Assembly (NCBI GenBank): GCA_964422795.1
Contig: CAYRCL010000010.1
Span: 8,765-72,764, forward strand
Length of the DNA: 64,000 nt
Source: an uncultured Chloroflexota bacterium
GTDB taxonomy: Bacteria; Chloroflexota; UBA11872
Reading direction: 5' to 3'
The first letter of the stretch is position 1. Each line of letters begins with the position of its first letter. The notes under the pieces are model-generated. The model was not told the DNA's origin. It searched no databases and saw nothing but the letters and a program-made list of their open reading frames with translations. This document shows, piece by piece, positions 18,464 through 27,735 of the stretch. A program made the translations under genes and the position numbers.

Positions 18464-18904
18464 TCAGTCGACTGCGGCTAAGCCCACGGATGCAAGAATA
18501 TGTTCTTCTAATCGACGCATCTCTTTCTTGTTCTGATCGTTGTCGTGATCAAGTCCGGCAAGGTGAAGGAGTCCGTGTGTGAGTAGATAACCGAATTCCC
18601 GTTCGATCCCATGACCATAGAGGTCTGCCTGTATCTTGACGCGGTCCATTGAGATCGCGATATCCCCGGGTCCGGCTAGTCCATCGTTGGTGAAGGCTAA
18701 GACATCGGTCGCGTTGGGTTGTCCAGAGAAGGTTTGATTGAGGCGAGCCATCTCGGGGTCGTCGGTTATGAGTAGGGCGACTTCGCCGTCGAGTCCCGTG
18801 GCTTCGTTAATTGCTCCGGCGAGCGGTCCGACCAATATGGACAAATCTGGAGTGAGGTTAATACCTCCACCACTTGCGATGTGCAGCGGACGATTGATGT
18901 CGAT
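18464..18904 (-). CDS. ybeY: rRNA maturation endoribonuclease YbeY (start proposed at non-canonical ATC)
   Basis: HGLLHLAGLDH metal motif and TDVLAF. The track ORF (TTG 18844) gives only 126 aa, with about 20 residues before the conserved EVALLITDD strand. The frame stays open 21 codons further, with no ATG/GTG/TTG, back to TAG 18908-18910. TAAGG lies 6 nt before ATC 18902-18904. The resulting 146 aa is typical of the family. Confidence 0.8.
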   Translation of the reverse strand: MDINRPLHIASGGGINLTPDLSILVGPLAGAINEATGLDGEVALLITDDPEMARLNQTFSGQPNATDVLAFTNDGLAGPGDIAISMDRVKIQADLYGHGIEREFGYLLTHGLLHLAGLDHDNDQNKKEMRRLEEHILASVGLAAVD

Positions 18905-18917
18905 TCTCTACCTTAGG

Positions 18918-19373
18918 TCAGTTCTCGTTTAGGAGTTGTGAAACTATGGTGCTGACAGTTCGTCCGTCGACGGTGCCGCGTGTACGCAGGCGTTTCATTA
19001 GGGTTGACATGACCTTGCCTGTGTCTGTTTGCCCGGTGGCTTCAATGTCCTTGATCACTGCTTCTGCGGCGTCCACGATGTCTCTGTGGGAGAGCTCGGG
19101 CGGCAGGTAAACTTGAATAGTCTCTCGTTCGTCACGCTCAGCTGCTGCTTGTTCGTCTCGACCTCCGCCAGCATAAAGTGCGATGGCCTCATCCCGTCTG
19201 CGAACGTCACGCTGGATCATGCGTACGACAAGCGTGTCGTCAAGATCGGTTGAGGTCTCTTTCGCTTCGTACTTGATTTGGGATATTAGGGTGCGAAGTA
19301 TGCGAACACGGTTAGCGTCGCGTTCTCGCTGGGCCGCGTGAAGGTCATGCGTTATTTGGTCGAAGATAGCCAC
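18918..19373 (-). CDS. yqeY: GatB/YqeY domain-containing protein
   Basis: 151 aa. Typical YqeY N-terminus (IFDQITHDLHAAQRERD) and position between rpsU and ybeY. Confidence 0.85.
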   Translation of the reverse strand: MAIFDQITHDLHAAQRERDANRVRILRTLISQIKYEAKETSTDLDDTLVVRMIQRDVRRRDEAIALYAGGGRDEQAAAERDERETIQVYLPPELSHRDIVDAAEAVIKDIEATGQTDTGKVMSTLMKRLRTRGTVDGRTVSTIVSQLLNEN

Positions 19374-19414
19374 GCTTGGTGCCGGACCGTCCGAAAAGTA
19401 GGTGCGCGGGCTGG

Positions 19415-19630
19415 TTAGAGCGCGCGGGCTTCCGCCTGAGCGGCCTTTAGCGCTGCGCGCCGTGCCTTACGCCGTTTGGTTGCGTCCTTCTTCTTCCGCA
19501 GCACACTGGGTTTGTCGTAGGCCTTGCGACGGCGAGTCTCCGTAATAATGCCTTCCTGCTGCACTTTCTTGTTGAATCGGCGAAGCGCTGCGTCAAAGCC
19601 TTCATTTGCTCCGACGGTGATGTGAACCAA
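19415..19630 (-). CDS. rpsU: 30S ribosomal protein S21
   Basis: NEGFDAALRRFNKKVQQEG and a basic tail. I prefer TTG 19628-19630, which has GGAGG 5 nt upstream, over the track start at 19642. Confidence 0.88.
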   Translation of the reverse strand: MVHITVGANEGFDAALRRFNKKVQQEGIITETRRRKAYDKPSVLRKKKDATKRRKARRAALKAAQAEARAL

Positions 19631-19825
19631 ACGGCCCTCCAAGGTGAAATGAGTTCTAGAACCTGCGCGATGAACAGTCCTCGTACACTAGCTTACCCGG
19701 TTACACCGCACTTAATTCAAATTTGTCTGACTGCGATGGCTAATAATGGTTTCTGACTAAAAGTCTATGAAGCTGGCGAAACATGGAGTCAAGGGATCTG
19801 ATGACAGGCTTGTTGGGTAGAGCCA

Positions 19826-20839
19826 GTGTTTGAGATCGATTGGCTGACTGTTCTCATCGGTGTGCTTCTTACAGTGGTCTTTACGTCGGCTGTTCGATAT
19901 ATCGCAGTACAGCGCAACTGGATGGATCGGCCTGGACCCGACCGCATCCATACGGTTCCCGTCCCACGATTGGGTGGGTTGGCCATGTATGCGGCGTTTG
20001 TCGCTACCGTGCTCATTGTCCGTTGGCCGCTAAGCGGTCATGTCATTGGATTGTAGCTCGGGGCGACGGTTTGGGTTGTGCTTGTGGTTATCGATGAGGT
20101 GCGCGGTTGACGGGCCCGAACGAAATTCCTTGCTCAACTGGCGGCGGCTGCGATCCCCGTGGCATTTGGGTTGCGAATCAATGCGGTGAGCAATCCGTTT
20201 GAGGCCAGTGTCATCGTTTTGCATCTTGTGATCGTGATCCCATTCACCTTGTTCTGGATTACGGGGATGATGAACGCGATCAACTTTTTGGATGGGATCG
20301 ATGGGCTCGCTGGTGGTGTTGTCGCTATTGCAGCGATTGTCCTGGTTGTCGTTTCCCTAAGACTCGGGCTTCCAGATGTAGCTACTTTAGCTCTCGCGCT
20401 AGTCGCGGTGGTTATTGGGTTTCTTCCATTCAATATCTATCGCGCGAGTATTATCATGGGTGACGCTGGGTCCAACTTCCTGGGGTTTGCGATCGCAGTC
20501 ATAGCGATCATGGGCCCTGCCAAGCTTGCGACTGCAGTCCTTGTACTCGGCGTACCGATTCTCGACGTAGCTTGGTCCATTGGTAGACGTTTTATGCGTG
20601 GGCGAGGTATTGGCGACCGCGATGTCGAACATCTTCACCATCGCCTATGGGAAGCGGGTGTGTCGCAGCCAATAATTGTCGTTATGTACTGTGCGCTAGC
20701 CGGTGTACTGGGATTGATTGCGTTGTTGGTCGAACGTTTGGACAAATTTTACGCGTTCTTGGGTCTGGCTGGTTTCATGACAATCTTGCTGGCTTTACTT
20801 GCTCGTATGCCGAGGCGACGAAGAATTAGACGTGTTTAG
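19826..20839 (+). pseudogene. WecA/TagO/MraY-family (glycosyltransferase family 4) undecaprenyl-phosphate sugar-1-phosphate transferase, interrupted by two in-frame stops
   Basis: Track ORFs 19826-20056 and 20159-20839 are in the same frame. Reading through TAG 20054-20056 and TGA 20108-20110 gives a continuous 337-residue family member: RPGPDRIHTVPVPRLGGLAMY, VIDEVRG*RARTKFLAQ (DD...K..Q region), NAINFLDGIDGLAGG. Confidence 0.65.
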
Positions 20840-20915
20840 TCGGACTGAAAAATTATAGGTTGGTATAGAAGGTGCTTGTGCTAGTGTTTTGTCCGACGGA
20901 GGACATTGAATCACT

Positions 20916-21122
20916 GTGAAACCAGACATTCACCCTGAGTACGTCGAGTGCCATGTCACGTGCTCATGCGGTAATAATTTCGATACTCGGGCAACAGTGC
21001 CATCCATTCACGTGGATGTTTGCTCTGACTGTCATCCTTTCTACACCGGGCAGCAGCGCCTAGTGGATTCTGCTGGCCAGGTCGACCGTTTCGAGCGACG
21101 TCGACAGAAGTCCCAAACCTAG
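20916..21122 (+). CDS. rpmE: 50S ribosomal protein L31 (Cys-containing form)
   Basis: MKPDIHPEY start (GTG codon), CSCG...CSDCHPFYTG. Confidence 0.93.
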   Translation: MKPDIHPEYVECHVTCSCGNNFDTRATVPSIHVDVCSDCHPFYTGQQRLVDSAGQVDRFERRRQKSQT

Positions 21123-21160
21123 GGTGCGGACGCGGTGGTGTTCCACCGCTACCCGTTCAC

Positions 21161-22141
21161 TTGAACATCCGACCGTCGACGATTGCGGTGGCTGAAGCTA
21201 GCAATGAGTTGCGGATTCGGTATGGGGGGCAGGCGTTATTGGAAGGTGTGATGATGCGGGGCGGTTCGACTGTCGCGGTCGCCGTTCGACATCCGAATGG
21301 CGACATTGTTCTCAAGTCGGAATCACTCAGCTCCACACGGCTCTCGCAACAGTGTCGGAAGTTTCCTGTGGTCCGTGGTGCATTGGCTCTGTGGGAAATG
21401 CTCGTGATTGGAATGCGAGCCCTTAATTTCTCGGCGAATGTTCAGCTAGCTTCGGAACCGGATGACACCGTCGATTCAAGGTCAGAGGGTGGAGGTGCGG
21501 TTACGACTAGTCTCTTGGTTGGTGTGGTCGTTGGGGTTGGTCTTTTCTTCCTATTACCTCTTCTGCTGACATCATTTACTGATCAGATTGTCGTGTCTGA
21601 TTTGGCGAGCAATGTTATTGAGGGCGGTTTTCGGATGGTGATATTCGTGATGTACATCGTGCTCATTGGCTTGATGCCAGACATCAGGCGCGTTTGGATG
21701 TATCACGGTGCTGAGCACAAGACCATCAATGCGCTTGAGAACGGTGAAATGTTGACGGTTGCGAATGTCCAACGACAATCCCGCTTACACCCGCGGTGCG
21801 GAACATCGTTCATCGTCACGCTCGTTGCAATTTCGATAATTGTGTTCGCGTTGCTTGGACGCCCGCCAATGGGGATTCGAATCGTGTCCCGTATTCTGTT
21901 GCTTCCGTTAATTGCGGGGGTAGGCTACGAATTCATCCTATTTACTGCTGGTCGGCAAGGTAGTGCTCTTGCCCGCTGGATTTCCCGCCCTGGCATATGG
22001 TTTCAGCGGTTAACGACTCGTGAGCCGGACGTCTCGCAGGTTGAAGTCGCTATTGCTGCTATGAACAACGTGCTTGAGTCCGAAGACGAGCTTGCGGAAC
22101 TTCGTCAAGATAATTCGAACGTGGTGATGGTTGATGCTTGA
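21161..22141 (+). CDS. DUF1385-family membrane protein
   Basis: 326 aa. [14 protein letters not shown] and [13 protein letters not shown] signatures with hydrophobic central segments. Sits between rpmE and prfA. Confidence 0.8.
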   Translation: MNIRPSTIAVAEASNELRIRYGGQALLEGVMMRGGSTVAVAVRHPNGDIVLKSESLSSTRLSQQCRKFPVVRGALALWEMLVIGMRALNFSANVQLASEPDDTVDSRSEGGGAVTTSLLVGVVVGVGLFFLLPLLLTSFTDQIVVSDLASNVIEGGFRMVIFVMYIVLIGLMPDIRRVWMYHGAEHKTINALENGEMLTVANVQRQSRLHPRCGTSFIVTLVAISIIVFALLGRPPMGIRIVSRILLLPLIAGVGYEFILFTAGRQGSALARWISRPGIWFQRLTTREPDVSQVEVAIAAMNNVLESEDELAELRQDNSNVVMVDA

Positions 22142-23213
22142 TCAGCTTAAACCCGCCCGTCGTCGATACGATGAGCTGATGGCCGAGATCTCCGAACCGG
22201 ATGTAGCTGCCGACCCTAGCAGATTGGCAGTGCTCGGTCGTGAGTTGGCTCGGCTTGAGGTCCTCGCGAGCCTTCATGACGATCTGTCGTTGGCACATTC
22301 ACGGGTGAAGGAGGCTCGTGAATTGCTTGGTTCTTCGGATGCCCTGTTGGTGGAGATGGCCAAAGACGAATTGGTGGAAGCTGAAGTCGCTGTTCAGGAG
22401 ATAGATGCACGTGCGGCTGATGTCCTGATCAGTTCTGATCCCGATGAAAAGCGCAACGCTATCATTGAAGTTCGTGCAGGAACCGGTGGAGACGAAGCCA
22501 CCCTTTTTGCTGCTGAGCTTGTACGTATGTATCGACGATACGCGGAACGACTGAAACTAAAGGTTGAAACGCTGAGTCTTAGCGAGACAGGTATCGGGGG
22601 AATAAAAGGAGGGATTCTTCAAATTGAAGGAGACCAGGCGTTTGGTGTGTTGAGGTTTGAGAGCGGTGTGCATCGAGTGCAGCGGGTGCCTGCTACCGAG
22701 GCTAGTGGGCGTATACACACGTCTGCTGCCAGTGTTGCGGTTTTGCCTGAAGCCGAAGAAATCGAAATTAAGGTCCCAGAGGCAGATATCCGAATCGACG
22801 TATTTCGTTCGAGTGGGCACGGTGGCCAGAGTGTCAACACCACTGATTCGGCAGTCAGGATTACCCACAAGCCAACTAACATTACTGTCAGTATGCAGGA
22901 CGAAAAATCACAGCTTCAAAACAGGGTTAAGGCGATGCAAGTGTTACGTGCGCGGCTTTTTGAGTACGAGCGGAACAAGCAGCGCGATGAGCGTGGTGAA
23001 GCGCGCCGAGCCCAAATTGGGAGCGGTGACCGGAGTGAAAAGATCCGGACCTATAATTTCCCGCAGGATCGTGTTACGGACCATCGAATCGGTCTGACCG
23101 TCCACAACCTGGAAGCCATTCTCGATGGTGATCTCGACCGTATAGTCGAAGCGTTACGGGAAGCAGCGCGTCAGGAGCAATTGGCGAGTATGGCGGGTGG
23201 TGAAACGCGCTAA
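22134..23213 (+). CDS. prfA: peptide chain release factor 1
   Basis: RVPATE (PxT tripeptide of RF1) and [19 protein letters not shown] (GGQ). ATG 22134 sits one codon inside the track's TTG and overlaps the DUF1385 stop. Confidence 0.95.
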   Translation: MLDQLKPARRRYDELMAEISEPDVAADPSRLAVLGRELARLEVLASLHDDLSLAHSRVKEARELLGSSDALLVEMAKDELVEAEVAVQEIDARAADVLISSDPDEKRNAIIEVRAGTGGDEATLFAAELVRMYRRYAERLKLKVETLSLSETGIGGIKGGILQIEGDQAFGVLRFESGVHRVQRVPATEASGRIHTSAASVAVLPEAEEIEIKVPEADIRIDVFRSSGHGGQSVNTTDSAVRITHKPTNITVSMQDEKSQLQNRVKAMQVLRARLFEYERNKQRDERGEARRAQIGSGDRSEKIRTYNFPQDRVTDHRIGLTVHNLEAILDGDLDRIVEALREAARQEQLASMAGGETR

Positions 23214-24063
23214 GGGAACGGCGGAAGTTCGGAGGTTGGCGATCCGCCGATTAATTGATGCTGGAGTCGAGTCTCCGGTTCTTGACGCAAATGTGTTGCT
23301 GGGCTTTGTTACTCAAACTTCAGCCTCCGAAATCCCGATTCATCTTGACGGTGTTTTGGACGTGGAAGCTGAACAAGAGTTTGAAGCGGTCATCAATCGG
23401 CGAGTTTGCAGGGAGCCCGTTGCGTACATCACTGGCACCAAGGCGTTTCGGCGAATTGAGGTTGGTGTTACGCCTGATGTTTTGATCCCGAGGCCTGAAA
23501 CTGAATTGGTGGTTGAGTCAGCGATGAACATGCTCGATTCAGGTGGATGTTCGTATGTTTTAGACGTTGGTACGGGAAGTGGAGCAATCGCATTAGCTCT
23601 TGCCGATGAGCGGCCGACGTTCCAAGTTATAGGGGTTGACCGATCGTATGGCGCGGTTCAGCTGGCGAGTTGGAATGTGCGACGTTTGGGTTTTTGCGAC
23701 CGTGTTTGTTCGTGTCTGGCAGATGGCGTTCAGGGGTTTGATTTATGCGATGTGCTTGTGGTTGCCAATCTTCCGTATATTCGGTCATGTGACATTGAGC
23801 TTCTTCAGCCTGAGATTCGTTGCTGGGAACCAATACTCGCTCTTGACGGAGGTTCTGACGGACTGTTTGAGATCCGTAAACTCATCGATCAACTCGTGGG
23901 TTCAATGGCGAGGGGAGTGGTACTGGAGATTGGTGTTAATCATGGACCTGAGGTTGTTCGGATGCTTCGGCTCGCGGGATTCGATCGGACGGATGTGCAT
24001 CGGGATTTTTCTGGTTTCCCACGGGTTGTTACTGCGCAGCGCTCAATTTCGATGCCGGTTTAG
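23197..24063 (+). CDS. prmC: release factor glutamine N5-methyltransferase
   Basis: 288 aa. [25 protein letters not shown] motif, position after prfA. Motif IV reads NLPY rather than NPPY. Confidence 0.85.
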   Translation: MVKRAKGTAEVRRLAIRRLIDAGVESPVLDANVLLGFVTQTSASEIPIHLDGVLDVEAEQEFEAVINRRVCREPVAYITGTKAFRRIEVGVTPDVLIPRPETELVVESAMNMLDSGGCSYVLDVGTGSGAIALALADERPTFQVIGVDRSYGAVQLASWNVRRLGFCDRVCSCLADGVQGFDLCDVLVVANLPYIRSCDIELLQPEIRCWEPILALDGGSDGLFEIRKLIDQLVGSMARGVVLEIGVNHGPEVVRMLRLAGFDRTDVHRDFSGFPRVVTAQRSISMPV

Positions 24064-24135
24064 CCAATAGAATGGCTCGTGACGTTGCCGGCTTGTGGAA
24101 ATCCTTGTTCGGGCATCTTGAAGGTCGGGCATTGC

Positions 24136-24780
24136 ATGGAACATGAGAAAGATCCACCACCTTGTGGGTTGCTGTTTCTGGTTACGGCGCCATCGGGTGC
24201 TGGAAAAGACTCAGTGATCCAAATCCTTCGTGAAACTGGTGTTGATATGACGTGGGTTACAACCGCGGTTACACGTCCGCCACGTCCCGGCGAAAAGCAC
24301 GGGGTCGACCATTTTTTTCTCACGGAATCTGAATTTGACACTTGGCTTGCTTCGGGTTCTTTCCTCGAGACGGCGACTGTCTACGGTCGACGCTACGGAA
24401 CACCGATTAATCAAGTTCGTGATCCGTTGTTGGCGGGACAAGACGTCATGGTGCGTTTAGATGTTCAGGGTGCAATCGAATTGAAACGCCGATATCCGGC
24501 AGCAATCTCTATTTTTCTCAAGCCCCCAACGGTCGAGGAGGCAGAGCGGCGTATGCGATTGCGTCAGACCGAAACTTCCGCAGAGATAAAGTTGCGTGTC
24601 GAAGCTATGCAGGACTATGAAATGTCCTTTGCTGACCGCGCAGACCACTGTGTTGTCAGCTCGACCGACGATCTTTGCGAAGTAGCGGGGCGTGTCTGGA
24701 GTATCGTAAAGGCGGCCCGGTGCGAGCCCGCTCGTGAGTCGGTGGCTGCATCACTCACCCCGGTTCGGGTTTGCGTGTAA
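24136..24780 (+). CDS. gmk: guanylate kinase
   Basis: P-loop APSGAGKDS, TRPPRPGEKHGVDHFF, YGRRYGT. Start trimmed to ATG 24136. Confidence 0.9.
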   Translation: MEHEKDPPPCGLLFLVTAPSGAGKDSVIQILRETGVDMTWVTTAVTRPPRPGEKHGVDHFFLTESEFDTWLASGSFLETATVYGRRYGTPINQVRDPLLAGQDVMVRLDVQGAIELKRRYPAAISIFLKPPTVEEAERRMRLRQTETSAEIKLRVEAMQDYEMSFADRADHCVVSSTDDLCEVAGRVWSIVKAARCEPARESVAASLTPVRVCV

Positions 24781-24784
24781 GGCG

Positions 24785-27223
24785 TTGAGCACGGGAGATC
24801 TTGCGTACGCCGAAGTTGTCGTAGCGGCAGGCAATGTGCGTGGCGATCAGACCTTTCACTATCGTATTCCAGACGATTTCCGAGAAGACATATGCCCGGG
24901 GCAAATGGTTCTAGTGCCGTTTGGATCCCGCCAGCTGTACGGCGTCGTCGTTGGGTTGGCCGAGGACTCACCGGTTGATGAGACTCGAGATGTTCTTGAT
25001 CGTATTGGAAAATTCCGCGTAATTGATTCTGAACATCTTAGGTTGGCTCGTTGGTTGGCTCAGCATTATGGGTGCCCGTTGTTTTCAGCGGTTGAACTCA
25101 TAGCGCCGCCGAATCTTGCTCGCCATCTCTACACTACGTACACAACCACAGGCCGAGTCGATACAGCCAATCTATTGACGGGCAACGATCGCAGGCTACT
25201 GACAGTTCTTCTCGAGCATGGCGAACTATCAGCTCCCGAGATTCAGTCTGAGGTCGGTAAGACAGCGGCTACCCGTGGACTGGATCGGATGGTTCGCGTG
25301 GGCTATGTAAATCGGCATGTCAGTTTGCGTTTCCCTGAACCAGCGGCTGAGCGGATGGTAATAGGGATGCCCTTGCCCGACGGTGAGTCAACTAATGCGG
25401 TTTTTGGTCGGGCGCATAAGCAGAAGGAGCTATGGGAGTACCTAGCACGGGTTGGGGTTCCTGTGGCTGTTCCCGATCTTATGCGGTCCGTCTCAGCGTC
25501 GGGAAGCGTTTTACGAAATCTTGTCGATCGTCGTCTTGTACGGATTGAGCACCGTTGGCTATTGCCTTACATCCTTGCGGGGTCATTGGATCCCGGGTTT
25601 CAGCCTCAGATTGAAGACGATGAGGCTTGGTCATTGCTTCAGTCTTCGATGGCTCGAACACCGCCTGAGGCGGTGTTGGTGCAGGGAGAGGAATTGGATC
25701 GTTGGCGTTTGTATGTGTCTGCCATTAACTCGGAGGGTGATAAAGGTCGGCAATCTATTGTGGTAACTCCAGACGCTACGACGGCTATCGAGTTCAGTGA
25801 ATGGCTAGCAGCTCGCTCAAGACTGGTGGTTGCTAATTCAATCAAAGCTCGAACTGATGCTCAGCGTGTGGCGATGTGGCGATCTGCGCGGTCGGGCGAA
25901 TTGGATGTGGTGATCGGGACCCGCTCCGCAATCTTTGCTCCATTGACGCGCCTCGGTTTAGTGATTGTCGATCGGGAAGAAGACCGCGCGCACAAAAATC
26001 CTAGTGAACCGCGTTATCACGTTTCGTCTTGTGCTGAGGAACGTACCCGTATTGCAAGATGCATGCTCGTACTGGGGACTGAAACACCACGGGTAGCTAC
26101 GTTTTACGCGACCGAGACAGGACAATCCCGTCTGATTCTTGCTGGCTCGGATAAGCCACGTCGGGATGCTTGGTTTCGTGAAAGTGGTCGCCAAGATGTG
26201 GATCGTCGATCGGATCGTGTTGTTGTGGTCGATACCCGACGAGTGGCGACTGCTGGACGCTATGGCGTGATCTCGCGCCAGCTATACATGGTGCTGCGAT
26301 CCACAGTCGAGGCAAACGGTCGTGCCGTTCTATATGTCAATCGGCGTGGATCTGCTGCGCTCACGATCTGTCGAGACTGTGGTTGCGTCGCTCAGTGTCC
26401 ACGTTGCAGTCGAGGTCTTGTTCAGCACCGTCAAATACAGCAACTTATTTGTCACATCTGTAATTGGCGGGCTGACTTGTGGCATCGATGTCCAACGTGC
26501 GATGCCGATGAGCTGCGATTGTGGGGATATGGTAGCGAGGCGGTGGCGGAGGCTGTTACCCACTTGATGCCAAGAGCACGTGTGGTCGGAATCGACAGTG
26601 ATCGTTCAATACACGAATTGGAAGCGAATGTGGCGTCTTTCGGCAGCGGTGATGTTGACGTGTTGGTTGGCACACAGCGCATGTTGCGGTTTGGATCTCT
26701 CTTGCAGGCTGATCTGCTTGGCGTGGTTCAAGCGGATATAGGTTTGCAATTCCCCGATTTCCTTGCGCCTGAGCGTGTCTTCTTGAACTTAATGCGTTTA
26801 CAGCGTCTAGTAAGTGGGCCAAATTGTGATGGTCGAACGATTGTCCAGACTGTGATGCCCGAGCACTATGTGCTTGATGCCTTCCAAAAGGGAAGCTATG
26901 CGCGTTTTTTTAGAGCCGAGATGGACCAACGGCGGTCTGAAGGGTTGCCTCCGTTGCGTTCGTTGGTGAAGGCGACATTTGCACACGGGGACGACTCGCG
27001 AGCTGAGGAAGAGGCCCGGAGAGCTCGGCTTGAATGCGACACTATTCTTTCGGCTAATCCGAATGTTGATGTTGAAATTCTCGGTCCAGCGCCAGCGTTT
27101 GTGCGACGACAACGCCAGAAATACCTCTGGCAACTATTGTTGATAGGTGCGGATGTGCGGCGAATCCTACCGATTTTTCACAGAGGCTGGACACTTGATG
27201 CGGACCCACAGGAGTTGACATAA
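24785..27223 (+). CDS. priA: primosomal protein N' (PriA) homologue with degenerate helicase motifs
   Basis: Collinear with PriA. N-terminal YAEVVVAAG...FHYRIP and Cys-rich region CRDCGCVAQCPRCSRGL...CHICNW...CPTC. Start set to TTG 24785, just after the gmk stop (the track GTG 24734 overlaps gmk). Walker A, DExH and motif VI positions are not conserved. Confidence 0.8.
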   Translation: MSTGDLAYAEVVVAAGNVRGDQTFHYRIPDDFREDICPGQMVLVPFGSRQLYGVVVGLAEDSPVDETRDVLDRIGKFRVIDSEHLRLARWLAQHYGCPLFSAVELIAPPNLARHLYTTYTTTGRVDTANLLTGNDRRLLTVLLEHGELSAPEIQSEVGKTAATRGLDRMVRVGYVNRHVSLRFPEPAAERMVIGMPLPDGESTNAVFGRAHKQKELWEYLARVGVPVAVPDLMRSVSASGSVLRNLVDRRLVRIEHRWLLPYILAGSLDPGFQPQIEDDEAWSLLQSSMARTPPEAVLVQGEELDRWRLYVSAINSEGDKGRQSIVVTPDATTAIEFSEWLAARSRLVVANSIKARTDAQRVAMWRSARSGELDVVIGTRSAIFAPLTRLGLVIVDREEDRAHKNPSEPRYHVSSCAEERTRIARCMLVLGTETPRVATFYATETGQSRLILAGSDKPRRDAWFRESGRQDVDRRSDRVVVVDTRRVATAGRYGVISRQLYMVLRSTVEANGRAVLYVNRRGSAALTICRDCGCVAQCPRCSRGLVQHRQIQQLICHICNWRADLWHRCPTCDADELRLWGYGSEAVAEAVTHLMPRARVVGIDSDRSIHELEANVASFGSGDVDVLVGTQRMLRFGSLLQADLLGVVQADIGLQFPDFLAPERVFLNLMRLQRLVSGPNCDGRTIVQTVMPEHYVLDAFQKGSYARFFRAEMDQRRSEGLPPLRSLVKATFAHGDDSRAEEEARRARLECDTILSANPNVDVEILGPAPAFVRRQRQKYLWQLLLIGADVRRILPIFHRGWTLDADPQELT

Positions 27224-27228
27224 CACAC

Positions 27229-27729
27229 ATGCCAGTGTTATCGATTCATCCAGTTGATCATCCGATGCTGCGTCGCAAGGCGAGTCGAGTCAGTCGGGTG
27301 ACATCTGGGATTCGGAGTTTTGTTGATGATATGTTTGAGACTATGGATGCGCATCACGGTGCTGGATTGGCTGCGCCCCAGGTCGGTCGGCCTTGGCGTG
27401 TGATAGTGGTGAATGCTGGTGGTGAGCGTTTTTCACTCATCAACCCACAGGTTGTTCGCTCCAGGGGTTCGGCTACGGCGGATGAAGGTTGTCTGAGTTT
27501 GCCGAATTGGTATGGTCCGGTGGAGCGCGCGACAGACTTGACCGTAAAAGGATTGGATGTATCTGGAACGCAAGTCCGTCATCGGCTTTTCGACCTCGTT
27601 GCCCGCGTACTCCTACACGAAATTGACCATCTGGATGGTGTGGTTTTCACCGACCGCTTGGTTGATGTCGATCGACTTCGGTTTGTCGATCCGAACTCAG
27701 TAGAAGCACGTGGTCTTCATCTGGCCTAG
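27229..27729 (+). CDS. def: peptide deformylase
   Basis: GAGLAAPQVG, EGCLS and HEIDHLDG motifs. Confidence 0.95.
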   Translation: MPVLSIHPVDHPMLRRKASRVSRVTSGIRSFVDDMFETMDAHHGAGLAAPQVGRPWRVIVVNAGGERFSLINPQVVRSRGSATADEGCLSLPNWYGPVERATDLTVKGLDVSGTQVRHRLFDLVARVLLHEIDHLDGVVFTDRLVDVDRLRFVDPNSVEARGLHLA

Positions 27730-27735
27730 ATTCTG

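Noticed and set aside
19643-19825. Strand-switch point (genes leftward on the minus strand, rightward on the plus strand) as a replication origin
   Set aside because: No DnaA-box-like nonamers (TTATCCACA or its complement) and no dnaA/dnaN nearby. Gene orientation flips again at 42.9, 44.7, 47.2 and 51 kb.
20054-20110. TAG and TGA in the WecA-like gene as recoding (pyrrolysine/selenocysteine) or an alternative genetic code
   Set aside because: None of the other ~67 genes in the window needs TAG or TGA read-through, and TGA/TAG terminate many of them at homology-consistent positions. No SECIS-like hairpin follows the TGA. The aligned residues in homologues are ordinary hydrophobics.
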